Shown: one piece after another, positions 39,026-47,842 of the stretch | Layout of the letters: each line of letters opens with the position of its first letter | How positions within the stretch are numbered: position 1 is the stretch's first letter | Assembly (NCBI GenBank): GCA_016182045.1 | Contig: JACOYE010000008.1 | Coordinates: forward strand, 64,502-128,501 | DNA from: Candidatus Microgenomates bacterium | Lineage (GTDB): Bacteria; Patescibacteriota; Microgenomatia; Daviesbacterales; UBA10151 | DNA length: 64,000 bases | Reading direction: 5' to 3' | Program-made: the position numbers and the translations under genes | The notes under the pieces: generated by a model | What the model was told of the DNA's origin: nothing | Database searches by the model: none | Seen by the model: the letters and a program-made list of their open reading frames with translations, nothing else

Positions 39026-39274
39026 TGCCCAAAAGGCATCCCTACCTTGCACGTTAATAGCCGAAGATATTTTTCCTCCACTGTTTGTTAAGTCTTGGGT
39101 TGATCCGAAGTTGGCATCCTTGTACCGTCTGGTACAGGATCCCACAGGATTCCCACTTTTTTCCCAGGGGGAAAAACTTCTGCCAACGGCTAGCGTAGGG
39201 AGTTATTATAATTTTTTGGACAAATTCTAAAAACTGGTGACTGCAAATTATAGACAGGTTGCAGATTTGTCCAA
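39026..39274. ncRNA. candidate structured RNA upstream of tRNA-Thr
   Basis: Multiple nested complementary segments; TTGACA at 38951 upstream. Confidence 0.4.
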
Positions 39275-39357
39275 TTACTTCAATCTCGTTCCCGGTTTTT
39301 TTGTGATAGAATTTATTTACAAAGTTATACAGCAATTTTCAAGAGGATTCTTCCTTT

Positions 39358-39430
39358 GCCGACGTAGCTCAGCGGTTAGAGCACTTGTTTTGTAAACAAG
39401 GAGTCGTGGGTTCGATTCCCACCGTCGGCT
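39358..39430 (+). tRNA. tRNA-Thr(TGT)
   Basis: Acceptor GCCGACG/CGTCGGC, anticodon arm CTTGT-TTTGTAA-ACAAG, GTTCGA T-loop. Confidence 0.96.
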
Positions 39431-39467
39431 CAGAATTTAAAATCTCGAGTTCGGTTCTGATTCAGAA

Positions 39468-41390
39468 TTACTCTTCTTCTTGCTCCATACCTTTAAGTGT
39501 GAAACCTACTGCATTATTAATCTTATGCTTTCTTGTTGATAATCTACGCCGATTTAATTGACCAAGCAAATTATAGCATATTTTTGCAGTATGATTTCTA
39601 ATTAACTCTACTGCCTTTAAGGGATCCTCTTCAGAACCACCTTGAGGTTCTGGAATTACTGCATCTATTAAGTTGAGTTCTAACTGATCTTTTGCGGTGA
39701 TACGCATGCTTTCCATAGTCATCACTAATTTATCCAGACTAGGATTAGCTTCATTATATAAAATAGTAGTGGCAGAATTTGGTTCAGCCACGCTGGCCCA
39801 TGAATTCTCAGTCATAGCTAAATAATCAGCGATAGGCGTTGTTGCCAATCCGCCACCGCTACCCAAAGCACCTATGACATAAGCTATTGTTGGAGGCTGA
39901 TAAGAATTTGTTTTTAGAATTGTGTCGGATATTTTTCTTGATTGATCATCAATTTCAGCATCAAGAGTAGGCTTTGCCCCTAAGGTATCAGTTAAAAAGA
40001 GAGCCGGTATTCCCCTTCTTTCCCCTAGATCTAGCATTCTTTGAACATAAAGATAATCAGGTGGAGCTGGACTGGCGGGAATTTTCACAATTCTTCCATC
40101 ACTCATGCGTTGATAAGATGGTTGGTTACCTATTACCAGAAAAGGTTGTTCTCCAAGCTTGGCTAAGGCCGCTATAATAGCTGGATAATGTATGACATCA
40201 TTCTCCACCTCCACGCTATATAGAGGAACAACATCTGTGAAACCGTTTGTTAAAATGTACTCTGTGTCCGGTCTTCTTGGATCCGATTTAGTGATCATAT
40301 ATCTATCATATAAACTTTTATTATCTTTTCGCTGCTCTAATCTTACTTCACCATCAATATATCCATCACTTTGATCATCAAACACTGGAGTAAAAAAGCC
40401 CTTCTTATCAAAAGGATAACGCCCTCTTCTGGGGGATTTTATTGGAGGTAAATCTAATAGACTTTGTCTTACCTTTCCACCCCTAGATTTTTCTATATTA
40501 GCATCCATTTTTAAAAACCTCTCCAGCCATTGAATGAGCGCCTCTTTATCTTCAATAATCATATCAATTGTCCTATTCCTAAATCCTGCTTCTGCGCTTT
40601 GTGCTCCTTCTGGAACTGGCTCATAGGTATAGCTTTCAATTACTCTTGGACCTGTAAAACCAAAATTAGTTCCTCTTACGGCAACTGCCACATCTGCCCT
40701 AGGAATTACGCTGGCTGATAAACCTCCCCAAACTTGATGCAATAAAACAGCAATGAAGGGCCTTTTGGCTTCTTGCTTAAACTTTTCCAGTGAATGTACA
40801 GTCCTGGTCATCTGTAAAAGAGCGGGTATGTTTTCTTGTTGCCTTGCGCCTCCAGAAGAGAAGATACCAACTAACGGTTGTTTCTTTCTGCCTGCCAATT
40901 CAGCTGCCAGTTTTATCTTTTCTCCTACTACCGCTCCAAAAGAACCTGCAAAAAAGTTCCAATGGGTTGCAACTTCTATGAACCGATTTCTTCCTAGGTT
41001 TCCCTCACCATAAGAAGCTGCCTCAGTGTGACCTTTTTCTTCCTCTTTTTTAAGCTTCCCTTCATAAGTTTCTATCTCCCCGTTTGCCAGTTTCCGTATT
41101 ACTCCAATGACATCTTTCACTATTTGAATATGCCCATTTCTCTCTCGAAAACCTGTTCTTGCTTTAAAATCAGCAAGCAAATTCCCAGGATCAATTTTTG
41201 GTCTATCTTTTAGGATGGAATCATAAGGATTTAATTGTCCGTTAGTTGTTTCAAATTCTGGTACTGGTAGAGGTACATGAGGTTTTCGGCCATTGCTAAG
41301 AATCTTAATTGCTCCTCTAGGAAGATAGCCTGCATTATCTATTAAAGCTTGCTCATAGGAAATAACTTCTTTACCTTCGGATTGACTCAT
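39468..41390 (-). CDS. acetyl-CoA carboxylase carboxyltransferase, beta-alpha (AccD-AccA) fusion
   Basis: FFAGSFGAVVGEK, SGGARQQE, GFTGPRVIE; then DTLGA, GSGGGLA, ITAKDQLELNLIDAVIPEP. Confidence 0.88.
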   Translation of the reverse strand: MSQSEGKEVISYEQALIDNAGYLPRGAIKILSNGRKPHVPLPVPEFETTNGQLNPYDSILKDRPKIDPGNLLADFKARTGFRERNGHIQIVKDVIGVIRKLANGEIETYEGKLKKEEEKGHTEAASYGEGNLGRNRFIEVATHWNFFAGSFGAVVGEKIKLAAELAGRKKQPLVGIFSSGGARQQENIPALLQMTRTVHSLEKFKQEAKRPFIAVLLHQVWGGLSASVIPRADVAVAVRGTNFGFTGPRVIESYTYEPVPEGAQSAEAGFRNRTIDMIIEDKEALIQWLERFLKMDANIEKSRGGKVRQSLLDLPPIKSPRRGRYPFDKKGFFTPVFDDQSDGYIDGEVRLEQRKDNKSLYDRYMITKSDPRRPDTEYILTNGFTDVVPLYSVEVENDVIHYPAIIAALAKLGEQPFLVIGNQPSYQRMSDGRIVKIPASPAPPDYLYVQRMLDLGERRGIPALFLTDTLGAKPTLDAEIDDQSRKISDTILKTNSYQPPTIAYVIGALGSGGGLATTPIADYLAMTENSWASVAEPNSATTILYNEANPSLDKLVMTMESMRITAKDQLELNLIDAVIPEPQGGSEEDPLKAVELIRNHTAKICYNLLGQLNRRRLSTRKHKINNAVGFTLKGMEQEEE

Positions 41391-41580
41391 CGCCTTCAGA
41401 CTATACCTTAATTACTAAGTTTAGTCAATTATTGGCTTACACAGGGTTCATCACATGACACATATCCGAAGGTATTAAAAAAACATTTATTAGCAGAGAC
41501 AAAAGACCCAGAATTAAAGGAGGGTTTAAATAACATTATCAATAAACTACCCTCCCAAAATACCGAATATTGGACAATTT

Positions 41581-41910
41581 TTATTCTTTCCTTAAATATT
41601 TCGGTACTGGTAAGCCTACATGGGCTAAGTTTGCCACAATATTACCCACCAAGGTGGCAGCAATAAGAACAAATGATGCCGGCACTATAAATGCCAAATC
41701 TGGCTGAGCCACTCCAACCAGCTCAACTACGGCAAATACGAATACATAAGGTAATACTGCATCATGTAGGTAGTGGGCCACCTTTGACAACCTAAAGGTA
41801 TTTTTGGCCAATGATACTCCCACCCCAACTAACCAGTCAGCCATCACTAAAAGCACTATAAAGCGCATAAAATCAGTTTGAAAAAGAGGCAACGGATCCA
41901 AATCTCTCAC
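41581..41910 (-). CDS. holin-like membrane protein
   Basis: 3 TM, ADWLVGV and C-terminal NLAHVGLPVPKYL resemble phage holin_4 family. Confidence 0.55.
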   Translation of the reverse strand: MRDLDPLPLFQTDFMRFIVLLVMADWLVGVGVSLAKNTFRLSKVAHYLHDAVLPYVFVFAVVELVGVAQPDLAFIVPASFVLIAATLVGNIVANLAHVGLPVPKYLRKE

Positions 41911-42000
41911 CCCCTTTCTTTAATAGTTAACTTAAGCATTACATGTAAATTAGGAGGTTGTCAAATATCTCGCTCTTAAGTCCCACCGAAACTATACTTG

Positions 42001-42447
42001 TTATTTGCTCATCCTAAAATACGGGCTGGGGTCAATAAATCCCAAATAGCCATTGTATAAATCGGGCTTTTTTAATTTAATGCCAAAATGGAGGTGTTCA
42101 CCAAAAGCAGCACCTGTCTTCCCTGAGAGCCCAACCACTTCCCCAATCTTGACCTTATCACCAACACTTACTTTGGATGATTGAAGATGAGCATAAATAC
42201 TGATACCCCAGGGGTGTTGGAGAGTAACAGATATCCCCCACTCCCCACTGTCAGAGGACTGGATGACTTTTCCTCGATCAGATGATAAAACTTCAGTTCC
42301 CTCTGACAGTCCATAATCTATCCCATGATGACCTTTGATACCCCATTGGGCAAATTTCTTTTTGATTTCTTTATTATCCGATTGATCCCCAAAGGGAAAA
42401 GTAACCGGAAAAAAACCATTAAAAGGCAGTCTAAGTTTAAGTTTCAT
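42001..42447 (-). CDS. M23 metallopeptidase
   Basis: HHGIDY, YAHL, HLHFG. Confidence 0.92.
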   Translation of the reverse strand: MKLKLRLPFNGFFPVTFPFGDQSDNKEIKKKFAQWGIKGHHGIDYGLSEGTEVLSSDRGKVIQSSDSGEWGISVTLQHPWGISIYAHLQSSKVSVGDKVKIGEVVGLSGKTGAAFGEHLHFGIKLKKPDLYNGYLGFIDPSPYFRMSK

Positions 42448-42459
42448 TTTGTCTCAATA

Positions 42460-42481
42460 TAGCATACTTTAAAGTATGCTA
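42460..42481. promoter_or_regulatory. perfect 22-bp palindrome in divergent promoter region
   Basis: TAGCATACTTTAAAGTATGCTA. Confidence 0.55.
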
Positions 42482-42491
42482 AAATCTTTGT

Positions 42492-42555
42492 AGCGCCGAC
42501 GTAGCTTTAGATAGTTATTACACGAAGTGGAACTATCGCAAGATACGTCAAGCGA
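42492..42555 (+). repeat. duplicated tRNA-Thr 5' end plus hairpin insert
   Basis: AGCGCCGACGTAGCTT at 42492-42507 and 42556-42571. Confidence 0.8.
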
Positions 42556-42558
42556 AGC

Positions 42559-42633
42559 GCCGACGTAGCTTAGTGGCAAAGCACTTCATTGGTAATGAAG
42601 AGAGCGCGGGTTCGATCCCCGCCGTCGGCTCCA
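42559..42633 (+). tRNA. tRNA-Thr(GGT)
   Basis: Anticodon arm CTTCA-TTGGTAA-TGAAG, encoded CCA. Confidence 0.96.
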
Positions 42634-42652
42634 TTGTGATATATTTGAATTA

Positions 42653-42856
42653 ATGCTAAAAACTTTTAGGAAAAAGCACAAATATCTATATTATCTTTTG
42701 CTGGGAATAGCGCTGGTTTTGTTTTGGAGAGGTTTTTGGGGACTGATGGATTTATATCTTTTTCCCCAAAATCAGTTCTTAAGTTATCTTCTTTCCATAG
42801 CAGGAGCCCTAATGGTGTTATTTTTCACCCACTCCTGGACTAACTTAAAAGAATAG
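42653..42856 (+). CDS. small 2-TM membrane protein
   Basis: FWRGFWGLMDLYLFP, hydrophobic. Confidence 0.7.
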   Translation: MLKTFRKKHKYLYYLLLGIALVLFWRGFWGLMDLYLFPQNQFLSYLLSIAGALMVLFFTHSWTNLKE

Positions 42857-42871
42857 GATATACTTCCCCCT

Positions 42872-43045
42872 ATGGCTAAAAAAGGTAAAAGACAATTATT
42901 TATTTTACAGTGTTCTGTTTGTAAAAACAGGAATTATACCAGTTCGAAAAACCCCACAAACAGTAAAGATCGGCTTATATTGAACAAATTTTGTAAACAC
43001 TGCCGCCGACAAACCGAACATACTGAAGTTAAAATTGGAAAGTAG
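42872..43045 (+). CDS. rpmG: 50S ribosomal protein L33 (not in ORF track)
   Basis: MAKKGKRQLFILQCSVCKNRNY...LNKFCKHCRRQTEHTEVK. Confidence 0.93.
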   Translation: MAKKGKRQLFILQCSVCKNRNYTSSKNPTNSKDRLILNKFCKHCRRQTEHTEVKIGK

Positions 43046-43065
43046 TTACGTTTTTGCGAAGGTCC

Positions 43066-43173
43066 TTATTTTTTGCTGCGTTTTTCCTTTTTCCAAAGAG
43101 TGGGGGCAACAACTATAGAGATGGCCAGTAGTATGATTGCTAAAATTAGATAGAAAGATTGTAATTCACTCAT
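43066..43173 (-). CDS. 35-aa single-TM protein with basic tail (not in ORF track)
   Basis: MSELQSFYLILAIILLAISIVVAPTLWKKEKRSKK. Confidence 0.55.
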   Translation of the reverse strand: MSELQSFYLILAIILLAISIVVAPTLWKKEKRSKK

Positions 43174-43174
43174 A

Positions 43175-43375
43175 TTATTTCCTTATCAGAATCATGCTCA
43201 GTAATAAGAATGCTGCTGTTAGTACTAATCCTAATGTTAGGTCAAATACATTAAACTTGTCAACTCTGAATATGTTTGGTATTACTAATGACGCTACAGA
43301 AACCAAAGATAAATTAGATAAAAACTCAGATAGCCTATCTAATTGTTTATCATTCAGCTCAGGAATAATATCCAT
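43175..43375 (-). CDS. small 2-TM membrane protein
   Basis: LNDKQLDRLSEFLSNL, resembles 23869-24105. Confidence 0.65.
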   Translation of the reverse strand: MDIIPELNDKQLDRLSEFLSNLSLVSVASLVIPNIFRVDKFNVFDLTLGLVLTAAFLLLSMILIRK

Positions 43376-43400
43376 CTTTGTTATATAATACATCATACAA

Positions 43401-43473
43401 AGGGGTGTAGCTCAGTTGGTAGAGCACTGGTCTCCAAAACCAGCGGTCGGAGGTTCGACTCCTCCCGCCCCTG
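43401..43473 (+). tRNA. tRNA-Trp(CCA)
   Basis: Anticodon arm CTGGT-CTCCAAA-ACCAG. Confidence 0.96.
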
Positions 43474-43482
43474 CTTTTAAAT

Positions 43483-45453
43483 TTATAGTTTGTTTAATCT
43501 GTATATATCTTTTCTATATCGTACATCTAATATTTCAAATGTTCTGCTACCATTATCAGAATCCAATTCTCTAAGTAAAACTCTTGCTCCTTTTGGTACG
43601 GTACAACCAATTACGAGTTTAAATCTTGGTGTACCATCGTGGCTAGGAGTTCTTAAAGGTCCCCATTTTGCACCAGTTCCCTTTTCGTTATACTCTCTTA
43701 TAGCATTCCCAATTATCTCTTTATCAACGCTTGACACATGTCTTAACAAATCATCTAATTTTTCATCTTCCGGTATAACAATTTGATGTTTGATACCTGG
43801 ACGCTCAGATAACTGAGCAAAAGATAAGTTGATAAAAGAAGTTGGGGATGCCTGTTGTCTTTGCTCAGACCTAACTTCCTTTCTCAATCCATAGATGGAA
43901 TCAACAAATCTTTCTCTTTTTATTGGTTGACTTGGTTGAACAACTACTGTTGAACCTGATTTTGTGGAAATTCCATATTCCTCTTCTACTTGCTGGCGCA
44001 ATACCCAAAGAATATTCATTGTCTTCACCATTAACTCATCCTGAAACATCTTAACTTCCTCCTCATCCTCAATTTTCGGGTCATCTAAAATGTTCCATTC
44101 GATGGTATTATTTGATGTGTCTACGATGAGTGCGACTTCTGCTTCCTCTCCTGTGTCGCTTTCATAATTTAATATGCAGGCAAATCTTTTAGGATTATAC
44201 TGATCAAAACCCACTATTAAACTCTGAGGGGGATATAAATTACCCCAATTAATTTTTTCTGGATCAATTTCATAATCTCTTTGAAATGCCACCTTTGGCA
44301 ACTTTGCCAGAATGGCCCAAAATTGACTTGTTGAGGGAATCACCTCCTTAAATCTATCAGGCATGGGAGTAGTATCCAAAAAAGTAGGCATATCATCTTT
44401 AGTTACTATTTTAAATTGGGAAGCTTCCTGAGCATATTCCATTATTGAATCTATCAAAAGTTGGTAAAAAGTATCTTCCTTTCCTTCTTTTATCATTTTT
44501 TGAGATCGACGATATATATCAAAGATAGAATCGTATCTATTCAAGCCCATGATCTGCAAAGTTAGTATTCGGATAGTCTTATTATCTAATCGTAGTTTCT
44601 CTTCAAAATAAGTTTTTAGTTCAAAATATCCAGGAGAATTAGGATTAAATAGTATGGACTTAACTGCTTTCTTTATCTCAATCACCTTATCACAAAGTAA
44701 TTTCGACATCTTAGCTGCTTCTCTTAGAAGTGGCGGTAGTTGAGGTGAAATATCAACAAATTCTAGGCCATCTGTTGTTGACATAGAACCGATTGTATTT
44801 GGTAAAACCCCAATTGCTTGCTTAGTCATGTTGGGAAAGGCAGCCTTTGGGTAGGATTGGTTTTGTTGGAAAATTTCATCTGAAGCTTGCTGGTAAGAAC
44901 CGGGATTAACATCACCATCAACTAAAGCTGCTTTAAGTAGAAAGTCTAAATAAGGTATTGGTGAAGTTCTCTTGCTGTGGAAATTAACAAAGTCTCTTAG
45001 AGAAATTCCATTTATCTCGATTGTGTTGACTATAAAGTTCCCAAAAGACATTAATGGAGCCAGTACATTAAATTTTTCTTCAAATTGATTTCTTTTAGAT
45101 AATCTTTGTAATTCCTGAACTACTGTTTCGTTGACCAGTCCTGCTCCTGCCACTAAACCGTGGGTAGTTTGAACCATTCCCACGGTTAGTCCCACACCAC
45201 CAAATCTATTAAATTCAGATGCCAATTGTGTACATAAAGTGTTGAGTTCATCCAATTTTTGGGTTAAATTCCAGAATCTTTTTTCATCTTGATCGCTTAA
45301 AAAAAATGGTCGGAAATAAGCAGTTTTTACAGCATCAACAAATGACTCATATTCTCTGTTGCGTTCCCCCTCATCATATAAAGGTGGGGTTGTAGGACGT
45401 TTTGCTAACTCATCCAAGCCCGTTATGATGTTTGTCTTGTCTTGCTCCTTCAT
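43483..45453 (-). CDS. large hypothetical protein with putative C-terminal RelE/ParE-like domain
   Basis: C-terminus ARVLL...FEILDVRYRKDIYR; start uncertain (45453 or 45483). Confidence 0.6.
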   Translation of the reverse strand: MKEQDKTNIITGLDELAKRPTTPPLYDEGERNREYESFVDAVKTAYFRPFFLSDQDEKRFWNLTQKLDELNTLCTQLASEFNRFGGVGLTVGMVQTTHGLVAGAGLVNETVVQELQRLSKRNQFEEKFNVLAPLMSFGNFIVNTIEINGISLRDFVNFHSKRTSPIPYLDFLLKAALVDGDVNPGSYQQASDEIFQQNQSYPKAAFPNMTKQAIGVLPNTIGSMSTTDGLEFVDISPQLPPLLREAAKMSKLLCDKVIEIKKAVKSILFNPNSPGYFELKTYFEEKLRLDNKTIRILTLQIMGLNRYDSIFDIYRRSQKMIKEGKEDTFYQLLIDSIMEYAQEASQFKIVTKDDMPTFLDTTPMPDRFKEVIPSTSQFWAILAKLPKVAFQRDYEIDPEKINWGNLYPPQSLIVGFDQYNPKRFACILNYESDTGEEAEVALIVDTSNNTIEWNILDDPKIEDEEEVKMFQDELMVKTMNILWVLRQQVEEEYGISTKSGSTVVVQPSQPIKRERFVDSIYGLRKEVRSEQRQQASPTSFINLSFAQLSERPGIKHQIVIPEDEKLDDLLRHVSSVDKEIIGNAIREYNEKGTGAKWGPLRTPSHDGTPRFKLVIGCTVPKGARVLLRELDSDNGSRTFEILDVRYRKDIYRLNKL

Positions 45454-45667
45454 AAGTCCATATTTTAACATACCTGAAGTCAATAATCAAACCTATAGTG
45501 ATTTGGGGTAGAAGCGACTAGCTAACTAAATCTTGATTTTCCCTATAATAACTTCCAACATAGTTTATCAGGGCGTGCATAAATAACATAGCTGACGAAC
45601 TCAAGAAAATAATTAAGCAAAGAAGCTGTAGGTGGAGCGATAGCCAAAGCAATGGGAGAAATAATTT

Positions 45668-46066
45668 TTACCAGACTACATTCAAACCGTAATCTTTGTA
45701 GTCAGTAAAATCCTGGTCTTGAGTGAGTAAATAGTAATCTTTACTGATAGCTTGCCAGGCCAGCATACAATCAAATGGGTCTTTGTCTCCAAATTTAGGC
45801 AGTTTATAAAAAGAAGCTGCTATTTCTGCATCCAACTTTAAGATCTCAAAACCGCTATCCTTGGCAACGAACGGCAGTTTATCCGGCAATATACCTATCA
45901 AATCGAGTTTTCCAAGTGAATATTTAAGAGAGATTTCCCAAAAAGTTATGGCGCTGACCATTTTTGTTAACTGCGGATCAGACAAAATATCTCTGACTTT
46001 TTTGGTAATTTTTTTGGAAGAAAATAAAACGTACAAAAATGTATGTGTGTCAACAAGATAATTCAC
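45668..46066 (-). CDS. PIN-domain VapC toxin
   Basis: LVDTHTFL, WEISLK, KDPFD, LTQD. Confidence 0.9.
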   Translation of the reverse strand: MNYLVDTHTFLYVLFSSKKITKKVRDILSDPQLTKMVSAITFWEISLKYSLGKLDLIGILPDKLPFVAKDSGFEILKLDAEIAASFYKLPKFGDKDPFDCMLAWQAISKDYYLLTQDQDFTDYKDYGLNVVW

Positions 46067-46299
46067 GATTTTAAAAAATCCTCATCTGTCAATTTAAAAC
46101 TACTGTGTATTTTAAAAGAAGCTTTACCTTCTAACAATCCTATTTTAAACTTTGTTTGCTTAAGATTCTGATATGGCACTAGTGCAGCTACCTTTTTTTT
46201 GTTTTTGCCATAGGTGATACCAATACTCTCGCCTTTGAGCACTTTCATCAACACTTCAGAGAATTTTGATTTAAACTGTCCTACAGTCATTTGATACAT
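46063..46299 (-). CDS. Phd/YefM antitoxin
   Basis: MTVGQFKSKFSEVL..GESIGIT; CTTGACAACTTGTCAAG palindrome upstream. Confidence 0.85.
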   Translation of the reverse strand: MYQMTVGQFKSKFSEVLMKVLKGESIGITYGKNKKKVAALVPYQNLKQTKFKIGLLEGKASFKIHSSFKLTDEDFLKS

Positions 46300-46420
46300 A
46301 TTAGATACAATTAAACAACTTTCTTGACAACTTGTCAAGTTATTTTTTCCAGGTTTAAGTCCTGGCGCCCATGCTTGACAGAACTTGACAGAAAGAGAAT
46401 AAACATATTAAATAATTGGC

Positions 46421-47017
46421 GTGAGAAAAGAGCTAATATTAATAGGTCTAGTTCTAGTCAGTATAGTTGTAGTTTCTGCCATTGGCATCTTTCTTTCAAG
46501 AAGAACAAATCCAACTCCCTCTCCCACCCCAAATTCAGGATTAACACTTACCAACCAATTTTTACCCGAGGTCAATACTCAAACCAACTATCCTACTGAG
46601 GTAGGTCCTGATTGGGAAACATACGAAAATACTAAATACGGTTATTCCATCAAATATCCGCCTTTTTGGGCCACCATAATTAATGTCACTCCCACATCTG
46701 GCAAGGAAACTTTGGAAACAGCCACCAGTTTGGATATTTTTGATTCCGCTGCTCAAAAAAGCTATCCGGATGGAGTGATGACCATCCAATACTTATCCAC
46801 TGCGCCCTCCTCGCCTGCCTCCTTTTCCCGATCAGAAATCACTTTAAACGGCCTCAAGGTACAAAAATTTGCGGGTACTGAAGATAACCTTCATATAGAA
46901 ATATATCTTATTCCTTCCGGTGATGACGTTATTGAAATAGAATTCAGATATCTTCCAGAAGATGCTATTGTCCAAACCTTTACCGCCATGCTACAAACCT
47001 TCCAACCAACCAAATAA
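46421..47017 (+). CDS. membrane-anchored PsbP-like protein
   Basis: TM, PT linker, WETYENTKYGYSIKYP. Confidence 0.7.
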   Translation: MRKELILIGLVLVSIVVVSAIGIFLSRRTNPTPSPTPNSGLTLTNQFLPEVNTQTNYPTEVGPDWETYENTKYGYSIKYPPFWATIINVTPTSGKETLETATSLDIFDSAAQKSYPDGVMTIQYLSTAPSSPASFSRSEITLNGLKVQKFAGTEDNLHIEIYLIPSGDDVIEIEFRYLPEDAIVQTFTAMLQTFQPTK

Positions 47018-47019
47018 TA

Positions 47020-47745
47020 TTAAAAATTAACTCTGATTCTGGCAGATTGAATTTGAATCTCCACCCCCTCTGTGCTTTTAATCTGTAGGGTATATGTCTT
47101 TTTGCCGGAGGGCAAGGTAAAATTGTAGGTGGTCTGCCAACCAAAAGCATCTGAGGTGGTGGAAACTTCCCCCTTGATAGCGCTGGTGTCTGTCACATTA
47201 AATAACCTGGCGTAGGCAGTACCTGACTTTTGGGTCAGTCTAAAATTGACTTCCAGCTGCATGTTGGCATACCCCGGGTATTCAGCTGGATCAATAGTGA
47301 CCAGATAATTAGCATTGCTTGTCCAATCTCTATCTCCACCTCCACCCCCCGAGCCTAAAGGAATATAAGCTGTGGCAGACTTTGAGCTGGTTGATTGGGT
47401 AGTAGTTTCCCCTTTTTCTAAATTTGACACTCTCACTTTAAGCTCTGTGACTACCGCTTCAACTCCTTTTAGTCTTTGATCAAGATTTTGACTTAGGGGG
47501 GCAGCTTTCAGATCGTTAACCTCAGAAACTAAATCGGTGACAGTTTTTTCCAGAGCCTTAACATTATCCTCCACCGAAGCCTCAGGCAAAGTTTTCGGCA
47601 CTTCAATAGGTTCGTCGAAAACTTCCTTAGTAGTTTGGGAAGAAGCAGGAGAAACCACATTGGAACTGGAGACAAAGAATCTAAAATAAATTAGCCCTCC
47701 AGCCAAAACCAAAACCACCAAAAGGGGGAGCAGGATTTTTAACAT
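47020..47745 (-). CDS. membrane-anchored coiled-coil surface protein
   Basis: N-terminal TM, heptads, beta-rich C-terminus. Confidence 0.7.
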   Translation of the reverse strand: MLKILLPLLVVLVLAGGLIYFRFFVSSSNVVSPASSQTTKEVFDEPIEVPKTLPEASVEDNVKALEKTVTDLVSEVNDLKAAPLSQNLDQRLKGVEAVVTELKVRVSNLEKGETTTQSTSSKSATAYIPLGSGGGGGDRDWTSNANYLVTIDPAEYPGYANMQLEVNFRLTQKSGTAYARLFNVTDTSAIKGEVSTTSDAFGWQTTYNFTLPSGKKTYTLQIKSTEGVEIQIQSARIRVNF

Positions 47746-47842
47746 AATCTAACAATAACAACTTTAAAACAATCTTTCAAATGAAGAAGTAGCTTAGCTG
47801 TCTCTCTTTACACATCCCCAAACTCTAGGTTAAGATAAAATT

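Noticed and set aside
39021-39335. ORFs 39021-39230 (+) and 39054-39335 (-)
   Set aside because: Mutually overlapping and motif-free; region is better explained by RNA structure.
42492-42633. Intron-containing tRNA
   Set aside because: An uninterrupted tRNA exists at 42559-42633; the extra sequence is upstream.
39358-42633. Intact prophage or integrative element between the tRNA-Thr genes
   Set aside because: No integrase or structural genes; shared ends reflect tRNA paralogy.
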